Notes under the pieces: model-generated
What the model was told of the DNA's origin: nothing
The model's database searches: none
The model's input: the letters and a program-made list of their open reading frames with translations, nothing else
Assembly (NCBI GenBank): GCA_039589315.1
Contig: JBDHHQ010000043.1
Coordinates: 63,785-127,784, forward strand
Direction: 5' to 3'
From: Gemmatimonadota bacterium
GTDB lineage: Bacteria; Gemmatimonadota; Gemmatimonadetes; Longimicrobiales; Gaopeijiaceae
DNA length: 64,000 nucleotides
Position numbers and translations under genes: made by a program
Shown: piece after piece, positions 18,587-28,140 of the stretch
Numbering within the stretch: position 1 is the stretch's first letter
How the letters are laid out: each line of letters starts with the position of its first letter

Positions 18587-21205
18587 GTGTTAACCGACCA
18601 GGAGATCGGCGTGTCCCGCAGCCTAGATACCCAGGTGGATCCAGACGGTGGGGCGCGTGCAGGAATCGCGGCGGGCCTGCTACCTTCGGGAACCCGAAGC
18701 GAGGACACCGATCCCGTCGCCGAGCCCCGACCACCGTTGAAGCGCAACCCAACGTCTGGAGCCCCATCGGAAGCAGAGCGGCGTTGGGTCTACGCCGGCA
18801 CCTTCCTCGTAGCGTTCTCCCTGCTTTCGTTCGAGATCACCACGATTCGGACGATCAACTTCACCGTGGGCCCCAGCCACATCTTCACGGCCATCGCGTT
18901 GGCCATGCTGGGGCTGAGCTCCGCCGGGTCGATTCTCAGCCTGTTCGACCTCCGCTCGCCCAGACAGCGCAGGGCCGCGGTTTGCTTCTGGTCCTGTGTC
19001 GCCATCGGGCTCTTGCTGGTCCTCACCCACTTCTTCGTGGCCAGGACCAAGACAGGGCTGGACGAGGCGCTGGCGGCCTCGGGCCGCGCCGGGGGGTTGG
19101 CGGGGGTGATCGAGACCCTGTTCCGCCTCAGCGTGCCCGCGGCGCTGGAGATCGGCCTGCTCCTGAGCCTTCCCTACTTCCTGTTCGGAGCGTTGCTGGC
19201 CTACCTCTTCTCCAATGTGGAGGGGCCGTACTACGGCCGCCTCTACGCCTCCGACCTCATCGGCGCCGCCTTCGGATGCATCGGGAGCATCCTGCTGATG
19301 GAGTTCGCGGACTATGCCTTCTCCGTCACCGCACCGGCGGCGTTCGCGCTGCTCGCGGCAGCCGCATACGCGAGGCCGTCCCGTCGTCGCCTGGCAGCGG
19401 TCGGTCTGGTTCTGGCCGGGATCGTGTCCCTCGCCCCATTCCACCCTGGATTCGCCAGCCGGGTAGAGCCACCCGCCAACGCCAATTACCTGGTTCGTGA
19501 CTACGGCTTCCGTGAAGAGGTGGCCGAGGTCTGGCGGGCATGGAACAGCTTCACGCGGGTCGGCGCCGTCGAGTGGCAAGACGGGTCCGAGTCGAGCGCG
19601 ATCCTGTCCCTGGCCAACGGAGACGGGATGGCGTGGCTCCTCCCCTTCGAGGGTCCGAACGCAGGACACGAGCCCCACCCGCCGACGTTGCCCGCGCTGT
19701 TGCCGCGCACGCCGCAGAACGCCCTGGTCCTCTTCGCCGGGACCGGGGCCGACCTGCTGACCATGAAGGCATCGGGCGTGGGGGAGGTGACCGGCGTGGA
19801 GCTCAACGCGACGTTGGTGGAAGGTGGGCTCGCCCTGGAGGAGTACCGCCTCGCGGACTTCCTGGACCTGGAGGGCGTGCGCCTGGCCGTCGACGAGGGC
19901 CGCGTCTTCATGGAGCGGGACGACCGGAAGTACGACATGATCCTGATGTCGTGGAGTGGCACCACCGCAGCGTATTACGCGGGATCTCTGGGGGGCACGA
20001 CCCAATACGTGTACACCCACGAGGGCATCAGCGCGATGCTGGACGCCCTGTCGCCGGACGGCTACGCGGTGATCCTCCAGGTCAACAAGGTGAACATGTT
20101 GGCCAGCGTCCGCCGGTACCTGGAGGATCGCGGGGTGAGCGCACCGGAGCGCTCGGTGATCGTGCTCTTCAGTCCCGGCGACCCGGAGCGTCTGTGGACC
20201 CGACCCTTCGACAACAACCCTCTGCTCGTCAAACCGGCCGGTTGGTCGGATCGGGAAATCGAGACCATCCGGAGGAACGCCCAGGCCAACGGTCTGGAGC
20301 TCGCCTACGCACCAGGCCTCGGCGCGCACCCGGAGTTCGAGGTCTACCAACGGGTCGTCGGGGCGGAGGACGTCAGCCGTGAGCTGGCCCTTCTGCGCCA
20401 GGAAACTCGGCTCCGGTTCGACGTGGCCACCGATGACCGTCCGTTCTACCTGGATCTCTTCCTGACCAGCAGGTATCTCGACGCGGACTTCTGGCTCGGA
20501 TCAGCCGGCACCGAATGCGGGCGGGCCCACGAGGTCTATCACCTCTTCCGGGTCATGGTCATCCTGTGCGTTTCCCTGGCGGCGATCCTCCTGATCCTCG
20601 GGCCGCTGCTCCTGGGCCGGGGGCCACGGGCCACACCGACGACCCTCTCCTACCTGGCCTACTTCACGTGCCTGGGCGCCGGCTTCATGTTCATCGAGAT
20701 CGGGCTCATGCAGCAGGGCAGCCTCCTGCTCGGGAACCCTGGCTTGAGCATCGGCGTGGTGTTGGCGAGCATCATCCTCTTCACGGGCATCGGCAGCTTG
20801 CTCAGCCGCTGGACGTCCCAGAGAGGCCTCGGCCTGCGGACGACCGCCACGTCAGTGTGTGCCTACTGCCTGCTCCTCTACCTCGCGCTTCCGCCCGTGC
20901 TCGAGTCTCTGTTGGCGGTGCCGCTCCCGATCAAGGCCGTGGCCCTGACGGCCCTGGTGGCGCCCGGGGCGATGCTTATGGGGCAGTTGTTTCCCCGCGG
21001 TCTCGTGTCGGCACAGCTGGAGGACCCGGTCCTGGTCCCGTGGGCCTGGGGGATCAACGGCGCTTTGAGCACGATCGCAGCGGGCGTCGCTCCCTTGTTT
21101 GCCCAGGCCGTTGGACTCGGCGCCCTCTATGTCGTCGCAGGCGGACTCTACGCGGCGATCGTGCTGCTTCCGACCACGGCGGCGGCGGTGCCGGGCCGAG
21201 CCTGA
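18587..21205 (+). CDS. Polytopic membrane protein with central spermidine-synthase-like (SAM-fold) domain
   Basis: N-terminal TMs with RLYASDLIGAAFG, WNSFTRV, LFAGTGAD, VELN, DEGR, ATDDRPF. C-terminal TMs with LGAGFMFIEI and WAWGING. Start uncertain. Confidence 0.8.
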   Translation: MLTDQEIGVSRSLDTQVDPDGGARAGIAAGLLPSGTRSEDTDPVAEPRPPLKRNPTSGAPSEAERRWVYAGTFLVAFSLLSFEITTIRTINFTVGPSHIFTAIALAMLGLSSAGSILSLFDLRSPRQRRAAVCFWSCVAIGLLLVLTHFFVARTKTGLDEALAASGRAGGLAGVIETLFRLSVPAALEIGLLLSLPYFLFGALLAYLFSNVEGPYYGRLYASDLIGAAFGCIGSILLMEFADYAFSVTAPAAFALLAAAAYARPSRRRLAAVGLVLAGIVSLAPFHPGFASRVEPPANANYLVRDYGFREEVAEVWRAWNSFTRVGAVEWQDGSESSAILSLANGDGMAWLLPFEGPNAGHEPHPPTLPALLPRTPQNALVLFAGTGADLLTMKASGVGEVTGVELNATLVEGGLALEEYRLADFLDLEGVRLAVDEGRVFMERDDRKYDMILMSWSGTTAAYYAGSLGGTTQYVYTHEGISAMLDALSPDGYAVILQVNKVNMLASVRRYLEDRGVSAPERSVIVLFSPGDPERLWTRPFDNNPLLVKPAGWSDREIETIRRNAQANGLELAYAPGLGAHPEFEVYQRVVGAEDVSRELALLRQETRLRFDVATDDRPFYLDLFLTSRYLDADFWLGSAGTECGRAHEVYHLFRVMVILCVSLAAILLILGPLLLGRGPRATPTTLSYLAYFTCLGAGFMFIEIGLMQQGSLLLGNPGLSIGVVLASIILFTGIGSLLSRWTSQRGLGLRTTATSVCAYCLLLYLALPPVLESLLAVPLPIKAVALTALVAPGAMLMGQLFPRGLVSAQLEDPVLVPWAWGINGALSTIAAGVAPLFAQAVGLGALYVVAGGLYAAIVLLPTTAAAVPGRA

Positions 21206-21429
21206 TCGGCGGCTCCCTGCGAGATCTCCATCGCAACGGCCGCCTGACACGGTCCCGAGGCGCCTGAACGCCCGACGGCGGCCGCTGGACCATCAGACGG
21301 ATTCCCTGGCAGTTCGAGCCGCCAGGCGCCATCTTGGAGCGGTTGCGCCCCGCCCTCTTGAGCCGTCGGACCTGGAAACGGGCGCCTCCTTGCCCGCCCC
21401 TCAAAGCGCTCCATCCCTCGGAGGATACG

Positions 21430-22845
21430 GTGGCCAGCGAGACGAGAGCGAGCCCCCTTGACCGCTTCCTGCTTCTCTTCACCGACGTGCGCTCGGGCGA
21501 GGGCGCCAAGGCGGTGCTGCTGGCCCTGAACGTGTTCCTCATCCTGATGGCGTACTATGTCCTCAAGCCGATTCGGGAAGCGCTCATCCTCACCGAGGGG
21601 ACCCCTGAGCTCAAGAGCTACATCTCGGCGGGCCAGGTGGGCCTGCTGGCCCTCATCGTGCCGGCGTACGGGTCCTTCGCGGGGCGGGTGAACCGTCGGC
21701 GCCTCATCAACTACGTCACGTGGTTCTTCGTGGCCTGCATCGCGGTCTTCTACGGACTGGGGCAGGCAGGCGTGCCCGTTGGCATCGCCTACTTCCTGTG
21801 GATCGGCATCTTCAACGTCATGATCGTGGCGCAGTTCTGGTCCTTCGCCAACGACGTGTACACGAGCGAAGAGGGTGAGAGGCTCTTCCCCATCGTCGCC
21901 TTCGGCGCCTCTGCCGGAGCGGTGATGGGCGCCACGGTGGTGGGCCAGCTGATCGAGCCGCTCGGCATCTATCTGCCCATGCTGCTGGCAGCCGTGGTAC
22001 TGGTCCTCCAAGTCCAGATCACGAACTACATCGACATGCAGGAGCGGAAGCACGGCCGCGCCGTCCCCGAGCCCTCCCGCAACGCCCCCGAGCCCGTAGA
22101 GCCTGCTCCGCCCGAGGGCACAGGCACCAGTGCCTTCCGGCTGGTTATGGCCTCCCGCTATCTGCTGATGATCGCCCTGCTTACGATGATCCTGAACTGG
22201 GTCAACACGTCGGGCGAGTACCTCCTCGGGCGCATCGTGAACGACACGGCCGAGGCCGCCGTGGCGGCCGGGACCACCGGCGGGCTGTCCGAAGGCCAGT
22301 TCATCGGTACGTTCTACGCCGACTTCTACGGGGTGGTGAATCTGGCAGGCTTGTTGATCCAACTCTTCCTGGTGTCGCGAATCATCAAGTACCTCGGCAT
22401 CAGGATCGCGATTCTCATCCTCCCGCTCATCGCGTTCGGAGCCTACGGACTGATCGCTCTGTTCCCGGTCCTGGCCGTCGCCCGCTGGTCGAAGACGGCC
22501 GAAAACGCCACGGATTACTCACTGAACAACACCGTCCGCCACGCGCTCTACCTGGTGTGCACCCCGGAGCAGAAGTACAAGGCCAAGCAAGTGACCGACG
22601 CGTTCTTCTGGCGCACGGGGGACGTGCTTTCGGCCGCCGTCGTCTTCGTCGGCACGTCCCTCATGGCGTGGACGGTCAGCAGCTTCGCCCTGTTGAACCT
22701 GGTGCTGGTGGTCTTCTGGCTCGCGCTGGCCTTCTTCATCGGCAAGGAGTACACGAGGCTCGTGAGCTCCGGCGAGCCTCCCGGTGTCGACACGGGCAAG
22801 CTCGCGACCGGACCGGAAGAGGCCCTGGCTGGCCAGCAAGCCTGA
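21430..22845 (+). CDS. Npt1/Npt2 (TLC) nucleotide transporter family protein
   Basis: YYVLKPIREAL, QFWSFANDVY...RLFP, DYSLNN, KYKAKQ.TD.FFWR.GD. Confidence 0.85.
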   Translation: MASETRASPLDRFLLLFTDVRSGEGAKAVLLALNVFLILMAYYVLKPIREALILTEGTPELKSYISAGQVGLLALIVPAYGSFAGRVNRRRLINYVTWFFVACIAVFYGLGQAGVPVGIAYFLWIGIFNVMIVAQFWSFANDVYTSEEGERLFPIVAFGASAGAVMGATVVGQLIEPLGIYLPMLLAAVVLVLQVQITNYIDMQERKHGRAVPEPSRNAPEPVEPAPPEGTGTSAFRLVMASRYLLMIALLTMILNWVNTSGEYLLGRIVNDTAEAAVAAGTTGGLSEGQFIGTFYADFYGVVNLAGLLIQLFLVSRIIKYLGIRIAILILPLIAFGAYGLIALFPVLAVARWSKTAENATDYSLNNTVRHALYLVCTPEQKYKAKQVTDAFFWRTGDVLSAAVVFVGTSLMAWTVSSFALLNLVLVVFWLALAFFIGKEYTRLVSSGEPPGVDTGKLATGPEEALAGQQA

Positions 22846-23101
22846 GGCCGAGGCAACCGCCTGGGACGTCCTCAGCCGCCCGTCTCGGCCGGGGCTCCCT
22901 ATCCAAGTGGCTATCCGTGGCGGCTTCCGGCGCCCTATCTTCTGTGTTGTGCCCGGCGCCGGCGTCTTGCCTACGCTCGGCACGACGTGCAAAGACCCGG
23001 GACGCGGCGAGCCGCCGAGACGGCGCTGACCTCAGCCCAGCCCGCCCACCCGTGACGACAACGATATCCAGCCCTGAGACCGAAGAACCGAGGCCCCCGG
23101 C

Positions 23102-24028
23102 ATGACCGCGTTTCTACAGCTCGTAGAGTTCCTCGTAGCGATCAGCGTCGTGGTTTCCGGCGTCAGCAACTACCTGATCGTCAACAAACTGTGGATCCGG
23201 AAGGCCCACAAGGACGTGGCAGAGAGCATCTCCATCGCCGCGGCGCTCCTCGGCCTGGCCACGGGCCTACCGTTCTTCATCCAGTTCATGCTCGTCGACC
23301 AGAATCCGGCGGCGGCAATCAAGTCCGCCATCGGCATCGCCACGGGCATCATCTTCGTCATGATCGGTACGGGGCTCTGGGTCACCGAGAATCGTGGTGA
23401 AGGCTTCTTTCGGCTGTTCATCCGGGCACTGAGGCTGGAGCGGGAGGAGTCGGCTGACCTGCTCAAGGCGCTTGCCCAGCCGAAGGGTGCCAAAGAGCTC
23501 ATGGACGTCTTCGAAGCCATGGCGGCGGTGGACAAGCACGTGGACGAGCGGGAGCTGGAGATGATCCGGCTGTTCGCCCGGCGCTGGCATCTGGATCTCC
23601 CGGAGCTGGAGGCTGGGGAACGGGAGACCGCCACCGATCTGCTCTCGCTCCGCGACACGGTAACGGCCTACCTGGACGTGGCGCCCCCGGAGGAGCAGGC
23701 GCAGGAGCTGGTGGACCTGCTGCACGTGTTCGCGCGAGCCGACGACGAGGTCAGCCGCGAGGAGGAGCTGGCCCTCGAGGAGATCACCGGCATGGTGGGA
23801 CAGTACGTGGGCAAGAACGGGGCCGGCGTCATGCACGAGGTGGTCATCGTGCCCCAGGACGACAGCCAGACCGAAGCCGTGCGCTCTCTGCTGCCAGGTG
23901 TCGAGCCCAAGGTGATCCAGGGCGGACGGGTCTTCTCGGTAGGACGCTTCTTTTCCCCGCGCTACGCCGACGTGGTCTGCGAGAAGTACATTGCCCTCGG
24001 GCTGTTCACGGCCCGCGTAGACTCATGA
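23102..24028 (+). CDS. Membrane protein with TerB-like domain
   Basis: Three N-terminal TMs; TerB-like signatures MAAVDKHVDERE and FARADDEVSREE. Confidence 0.7.
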   Translation: MTAFLQLVEFLVAISVVVSGVSNYLIVNKLWIRKAHKDVAESISIAAALLGLATGLPFFIQFMLVDQNPAAAIKSAIGIATGIIFVMIGTGLWVTENRGEGFFRLFIRALRLEREESADLLKALAQPKGAKELMDVFEAMAAVDKHVDERELEMIRLFARRWHLDLPELEAGERETATDLLSLRDTVTAYLDVAPPEEQAQELVDLLHVFARADDEVSREEELALEEITGMVGQYVGKNGAGVMHEVVIVPQDDSQTEAVRSLLPGVEPKVIQGGRVFSVGRFFSPRYADVVCEKYIALGLFTARVDS

Positions 24029-24110
24029 GCGCCCTGCGAGGGTGGCCCCCCCCCACACCGCGCACCACGCCAGGTATCCCCGCCACCAGGTGGCCGGTGC
24101 CGCAGTGGTC

Positions 24111-24392
24111 CTACGGCCGGGTCAGCGCCTGCTGAAGCAACTGACGGAGTCGGGCGGGCGACGCGTCCTTGAGGCTCTGCTCGACGGCGTGGAACAGCCT
24201 CTTGCAGGTTCGGCACTCCACGACCCCTCCCTCCACCGGGCGGTGCACCTTGGCGGATCCGCACCGGGGACAGACGGGCCGCTCGGGACAGAGCGGGTTG
24301 GGACATTCCGGTTCTGACGTGGGCCTGCCGGTTCGCTTCAGCGCTACCTGGATCGGGTAGTGGCACTTGAGGCAGGGCCTGCTGGGAAGCAT
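24111..24392 (-). CDS. Small Cys-rich zinc-finger protein
   Basis: CLKC, CPNPLC, CPRC and CRTC in 93 aa; strong upstream AGGGAGGAAGGA. Confidence 0.65.
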   Translation of the reverse strand: MLPSRPCLKCHYPIQVALKRTGRPTSEPECPNPLCPERPVCPRCGSAKVHRPVEGGVVECRTCKRLFHAVEQSLKDASPARLRQLLQQALTRP

Positions 24393-24546
24393 CGGGTCCT
24401 TCCTCCCTGAAGTGTCCCTGGAGCCTGAGTCCGCTTGGACTGCACGCGACCACGTGACGGTGCACGTCCTACTCTATAGGTGTCGGTCGTCCGCTCGCAG
24501 TTGTCGAGTCGGACGTCGACCTCCGACGTAGCGGCCCGGGATCGGC

Positions 24547-25590
24547 TCAGGCGTAGTCTTCCAGCGTCCCCGTCCGCCTCACGTCCAGCGTGACGCAGTG
24601 AAAGGAGCCACTCATGGTCAGGCAGTGTCGGAGCTTGAGCGGCACCACGTCGATGTCGTGCCTCTCGAGCAGCCTGATGAGGGGCTTCTGGGGCTCGGCC
24701 ACCACGGCCAGGCCGGGGTTGACCATGAAGAAGTTCATCCCGGACCAGAGGCTCGCGCGAGGGTAGTCCCAGGCGTGGCCCGTATCGACCATCTCGGGGC
24801 ACCAGAGGATCTCCCAGTCCTTGAACAGCGCCGGCATGTTCTCCTCGTTGATGCGTGAGGGGTTGAGGAGCACTCGGCCGGGCCCGAGCAGGTTCACGGT
24901 CGTGTCGATGTGGGTGCCATCGTAGACGCCCACGAGGGGGTGCACCCGGTACTCGTCACCCAGTGCGCGCTGGAGCCACTGGGCCCCCAGCATGTTCCCG
25001 CTGCACGAGACCAGGTAGATGATGTCGCGTCCCGCCCGCAGGACGTTCGCCGCGTCGAACAGGGGCTCGTGGTTGTGGAGCTGATTGCCTGGAGCGGGCA
25101 CGTCGGCGTAGTTGCAGTCGAGGAGCCGTGGCTTCGGGGCGGAGATCCAGTTCGCCCCACTCTTGAAGTAGTCCAGCAGAATGTGCTTGTAGGCGAAGGG
25201 CTCGAAGAAGCGAGACCTGAGCGGCATGGGGGTCTCGATGATGGTCTGGCCGATCGCGAGCAGCACGTCGCGGGGGCAGTAGTTGAACTCCCCGTCGGAC
25301 TGCCAGTCCGGGGAACCGAACATCCTCGCGTGATCCGTGGCCTTGGGACGCCGCACGACCACGCCGAGCCCCTCCAGCGTCGAGGCCAGGGCGTCGAGGT
25401 CTTCGTTCGTCTCAGCGAGGATCCGCTCGTCGTAGGCTCCGGACGGAATCTCGTCGATGCTGTCGTGGTGCTCGAAGTACTCGATGGCGAACAGGTCCTT
25501 CTGGCCAACCGGTACCCGGGCGCCATCCGCGATCCCGACGATCATCTCCTCGAGTGGATCCCACTCATTGTGAACGTTGACAAGTGACAT
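24547..25590 (-). CDS. L-arginine:inosamine-phosphate amidinotransferase-like (StrB1 family)
   Basis: MSLVNVHNEWDPLEE, YCPRD, FDAANV, THID and FHCVTLD (Asp/His/Cys triad). Closely resembles StrB1 as recalled. Confidence 0.88.
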   Translation of the reverse strand: MSLVNVHNEWDPLEEMIVGIADGARVPVGQKDLFAIEYFEHHDSIDEIPSGAYDERILAETNEDLDALASTLEGLGVVVRRPKATDHARMFGSPDWQSDGEFNYCPRDVLLAIGQTIIETPMPLRSRFFEPFAYKHILLDYFKSGANWISAPKPRLLDCNYADVPAPGNQLHNHEPLFDAANVLRAGRDIIYLVSCSGNMLGAQWLQRALGDEYRVHPLVGVYDGTHIDTTVNLLGPGRVLLNPSRINEENMPALFKDWEILWCPEMVDTGHAWDYPRASLWSGMNFFMVNPGLAVVAEPQKPLIRLLERHDIDVVPLKLRHCLTMSGSFHCVTLDVRRTGTLEDYA

Positions 25591-25650
25591 CGGTGCTGAA
25601 CTCCTTACCCCTCGGGCGCTTGAGGCTCGGCTCACGGACATGTTGCAGTT

Positions 25651-25666
25651 AGCAAGGCTCGTGCCA
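25651..25666 (-). promoter_or_regulatory. Sigma-54 (-24/-12) promoter for the amidinotransferase
   Basis: Minus strand reads TGGCACG-AGCC-TTGCT, a consensus match about 60 nt upstream of the ATG. Confidence 0.8.
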
Positions 25667-25704
25667 ATGTACCCTCGTTTCGGGCGTCCGCGGGGGTGGG
25701 CAGG

Positions 25705-25720
25705 TGGCACGGCAATCGCT
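25705..25720 (+). promoter_or_regulatory. Sigma-54 (-24/-12) promoter for the AsnB-like gene
   Basis: TGGCACG-GCAA-TCGCT with correct GG/GC spacing. Confidence 0.7.
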
Positions 25721-25796
25721 ATATCCCAGGGGTCCCGGTCCCGGATCTGCGGTTCGGGTAGTGAAGCGGCCTCGGGGAAGATCCCCAGGAGCTGGC

Positions 25797-27530
25797 GTGA
25801 CGAGAAGCGTGAGGGACTTCCTGGCGTGGGTGCCACCGTCCACGTCGTCGGCCGAGGCCAGCAGCGAGGCCTTCCGGCGGCTGGCGGGTGTCGCCCCCTC
25901 GCTGGAGCTGCGGGGCCCCCACCACGCCGTGCTGGTGAGCCTGGGCCCGCTCGTCAGCGTAGGACGACATCCGGGAGAGCGAATCACGCTCCTGCTCTGC
26001 AGTGACGTGCTCGAAGCCGGCCCCGACCCGGCGACCCGACTGGCCTCCGGGTACGCGACGCGAGGCGGGGACTTCGCCCGCGACGTGCATGGCTCGTGGA
26101 CCGCCCTGGTCGTGGATGAGGCACGAGGCGTGATGACGGCCTTCACCGACCGGGTGGGCTCCCGGCGCCTGTTCCACGCGGGCGGCCCCGGGGCCGGCCA
26201 CTGGCTGTCGCCCAGCCTTCGGCACATTCCCACCGAGGGCCACCCGCTGGATGCCGTCGGAGTGGCCTGGTTTCTGTCCAACGGCGCCGTCCACTGCGGA
26301 CACACGCCCTTCGCGGGCGTCACGGTGCTGGAGGCGGGTTCAGCCCATGAGGTCGCCGACTCGGGGCTGCGGAGCCGGAGGTACTGGCAGTACCCCTTCC
26401 CGCCCGACCGCGCCGGTGGAGACGAGCGGGCCGCAGGCTCCGAGCTGCTGGAGCGGCTCGAGGCAGGAGTGCGACGTTGTGCTACGGGACCTGCCGATCT
26501 CTGGCTGTCGTTGAGCGGCGGATACGACTCCCGCACCATCGCCACGATGCTGCGCAACGTGGGCGCCATGGACGTGGAGTGCTTCTCCTACGCCCATGGG
26601 CGGGCCCAGGAAGGCACCGACGCGTGGGTGGCCCGCCAGATCGCGACCTCGGTCGGCTTCGCCCACCGGACGATCGAGAGCTACCAGGGCGACCTGGTCG
26701 GGCACGTCCGCCTCAACGCCCGGATGGGTGAAGGCGTCTCCCCCGTGTGCGACGAGATCGACGGATGGCGCGAGGTGGGTCGGATCGCCCAGGACGGCCA
26801 ACGCCCCACGCTGCTGGTCGGTGACCACTTCCTGCCCGACCGGCCCGAGGCAGGACCGGCGCTGGAGAAGAAGTATCCACCCGGGAAGATGCGTCCGTTC
26901 GAGGTCGCCTCTTGGCTGCAGCCTCGGCTTCCGCCGGAGGTCTATCGGTCGTTCGTGGAGGGCGTCCAGGACGATATCGCATCGCTGCACGCGCAGGTGG
27001 CCCACGCCCCGACGCGGATCGACAACCTGATCTACCTCGAACAGCGACTCCCCAACGTCGTGCTGCCCTGGAGACACGCCTTCGCGGGACCGACCTTCAA
27101 CGTCCGCACGCCCTTCCTGGACAACGACGTGATGGACTTCCTGGCCACGCTGCCCGGTCCCGTGCTCAGGGGCACGTTCTACCACGATGCGGTACTGCGC
27201 GCCTACCCGGAAGCCTTCCAGATCCCCCTCGCGCAGACGGCGGGTTATTACCCGCCGCTGAGGAACGAGCTGGCCCGCAACGCCGACGCGTGTCGCCGCC
27301 TCATTCGGGAGGCTCCCAGCCGGCTCGACGAGCTGTTGCCGCCGGAGCTGGGCTTGTGGCTGGTGGACCAGGTGGCGGTGAGCCGAACGTTGGCCACCCG
27401 GCTCAAGGGTCGTTGGGGCCGCTGGTTCCGGCGCTCACCCTCTGCAACCAGGGTAGCGGCCGCACCCGGCGCTGTGGGGGAGCACCTGCTTCTCCGGCGC
27501 TACCTGGTACTCCGGGAGGCTCTGGCCTGA
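25797..27530 (+). CDS. Asparagine-synthetase-related ATP-dependent amide ligase
   Basis: Degenerate Ntn domain (DRVGSRRLF, no N-terminal Cys), LSLSGGYDSR PP-loop, RTPFLDND. Start estimated from an AGGAG RBS. Confidence 0.78.
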   Translation: MTRSVRDFLAWVPPSTSSAEASSEAFRRLAGVAPSLELRGPHHAVLVSLGPLVSVGRHPGERITLLLCSDVLEAGPDPATRLASGYATRGGDFARDVHGSWTALVVDEARGVMTAFTDRVGSRRLFHAGGPGAGHWLSPSLRHIPTEGHPLDAVGVAWFLSNGAVHCGHTPFAGVTVLEAGSAHEVADSGLRSRRYWQYPFPPDRAGGDERAAGSELLERLEAGVRRCATGPADLWLSLSGGYDSRTIATMLRNVGAMDVECFSYAHGRAQEGTDAWVARQIATSVGFAHRTIESYQGDLVGHVRLNARMGEGVSPVCDEIDGWREVGRIAQDGQRPTLLVGDHFLPDRPEAGPALEKKYPPGKMRPFEVASWLQPRLPPEVYRSFVEGVQDDIASLHAQVAHAPTRIDNLIYLEQRLPNVVLPWRHAFAGPTFNVRTPFLDNDVMDFLATLPGPVLRGTFYHDAVLRAYPEAFQIPLAQTAGYYPPLRNELARNADACRRLIREAPSRLDELLPPELGLWLVDQVAVSRTLATRLKGRWGRWFRRSPSATRVAAAPGAVGEHLLLRRYLVLREALA

Positions 27531-27632
27531 GGCGCGCGAGGCGCCGCTCGATCGGGGTCGTCGTGGCTCGCACGATGGGCTGATTCCGGAGGATCTGAGA
27601 AAGGCCAGGCACCTCGCTCGCGGCGGGAGGCG

Positions 27633-27678
27633 TTGCCCATGATCGGCATTATGTGTATCGTGTAATTGCATTACACGA
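27633..27678 (+). promoter_or_regulatory. Sigma-70-like promoter with perfect palindromic operator
   Basis: TTGCCC-17-TATCGT overlapped by TCGTGTAAT-TGC-ATTACACGA (27658-27678). Confidence 0.65.
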
Positions 27679-27738
27679 CGGATACGCCCCGACCTCGCCG
27701 GGCCTTCGGCGTCCCGTCCAGCCCGAGCCCGAGGTTCC

Positions 27739-28140
27739 ATGGAAGAGTTGATCCAGCGCGTTCAAACCCTCCTGCGCGAGAAGGGAATCGAATGCGAAGG
27801 GGCACCCGCGGTGATCGGCCAGGGCCCGGTCAGGCTCGTGTGCCTGTCAGGGCGCCTGGGAGGTAGTCTAGAGGCGCTGAACGCCCTCCCACGCGATCAG
27901 GTGGTCATGGTGCGGGTCGATGAGGACACGCTCGATCGGCTCGACGCGTGGGTGGAGACAGGCGCCCTCAAGAGCCGGTCGGAGGCCGCGGCGCTCTTCA
28001 TCCGCGAAGGACTTCAGATCAGAGCCACGGAACTGTCGGACCTTCGGGACGCTATCGACAGCGTTCGGAGAGCCAAGGAGGAGCTGCGCGACGCCGCGGC
28101 CCGCGTGCTGGGTGAGAGGGAGGGAGTGGGCGATGGTTGA
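27739..28140 (+). CDS. Ribbon-helix-helix (CopG-like) DNA-binding protein
   Basis: VVMVRVDEDTLDRLDAWV...SRSEAAALFIREGL followed by a coiled-coil tail. Confidence 0.78.
   Translation: MEELIQRVQTLLREKGIECEGAPAVIGQGPVRLVCLSGRLGGSLEALNALPRDQVVMVRVDEDTLDRLDAWVETGALKSRSEAAALFIREGLQIRATELSDLRDAIDSVRRAKEELRDAAARVLGEREGVGDG

Noticed and set aside
24547..25590. Streptomycin biosynthetic cluster
   Set aside because: Only the amidinotransferase is present in this window.
24111..27530. Lasso peptide cluster (AsnB-like cyclase plus small ORF)
   Set aside because: No B1/B2 genes are present, and the small ORF is a zinc finger rather than a leader-core precursor.
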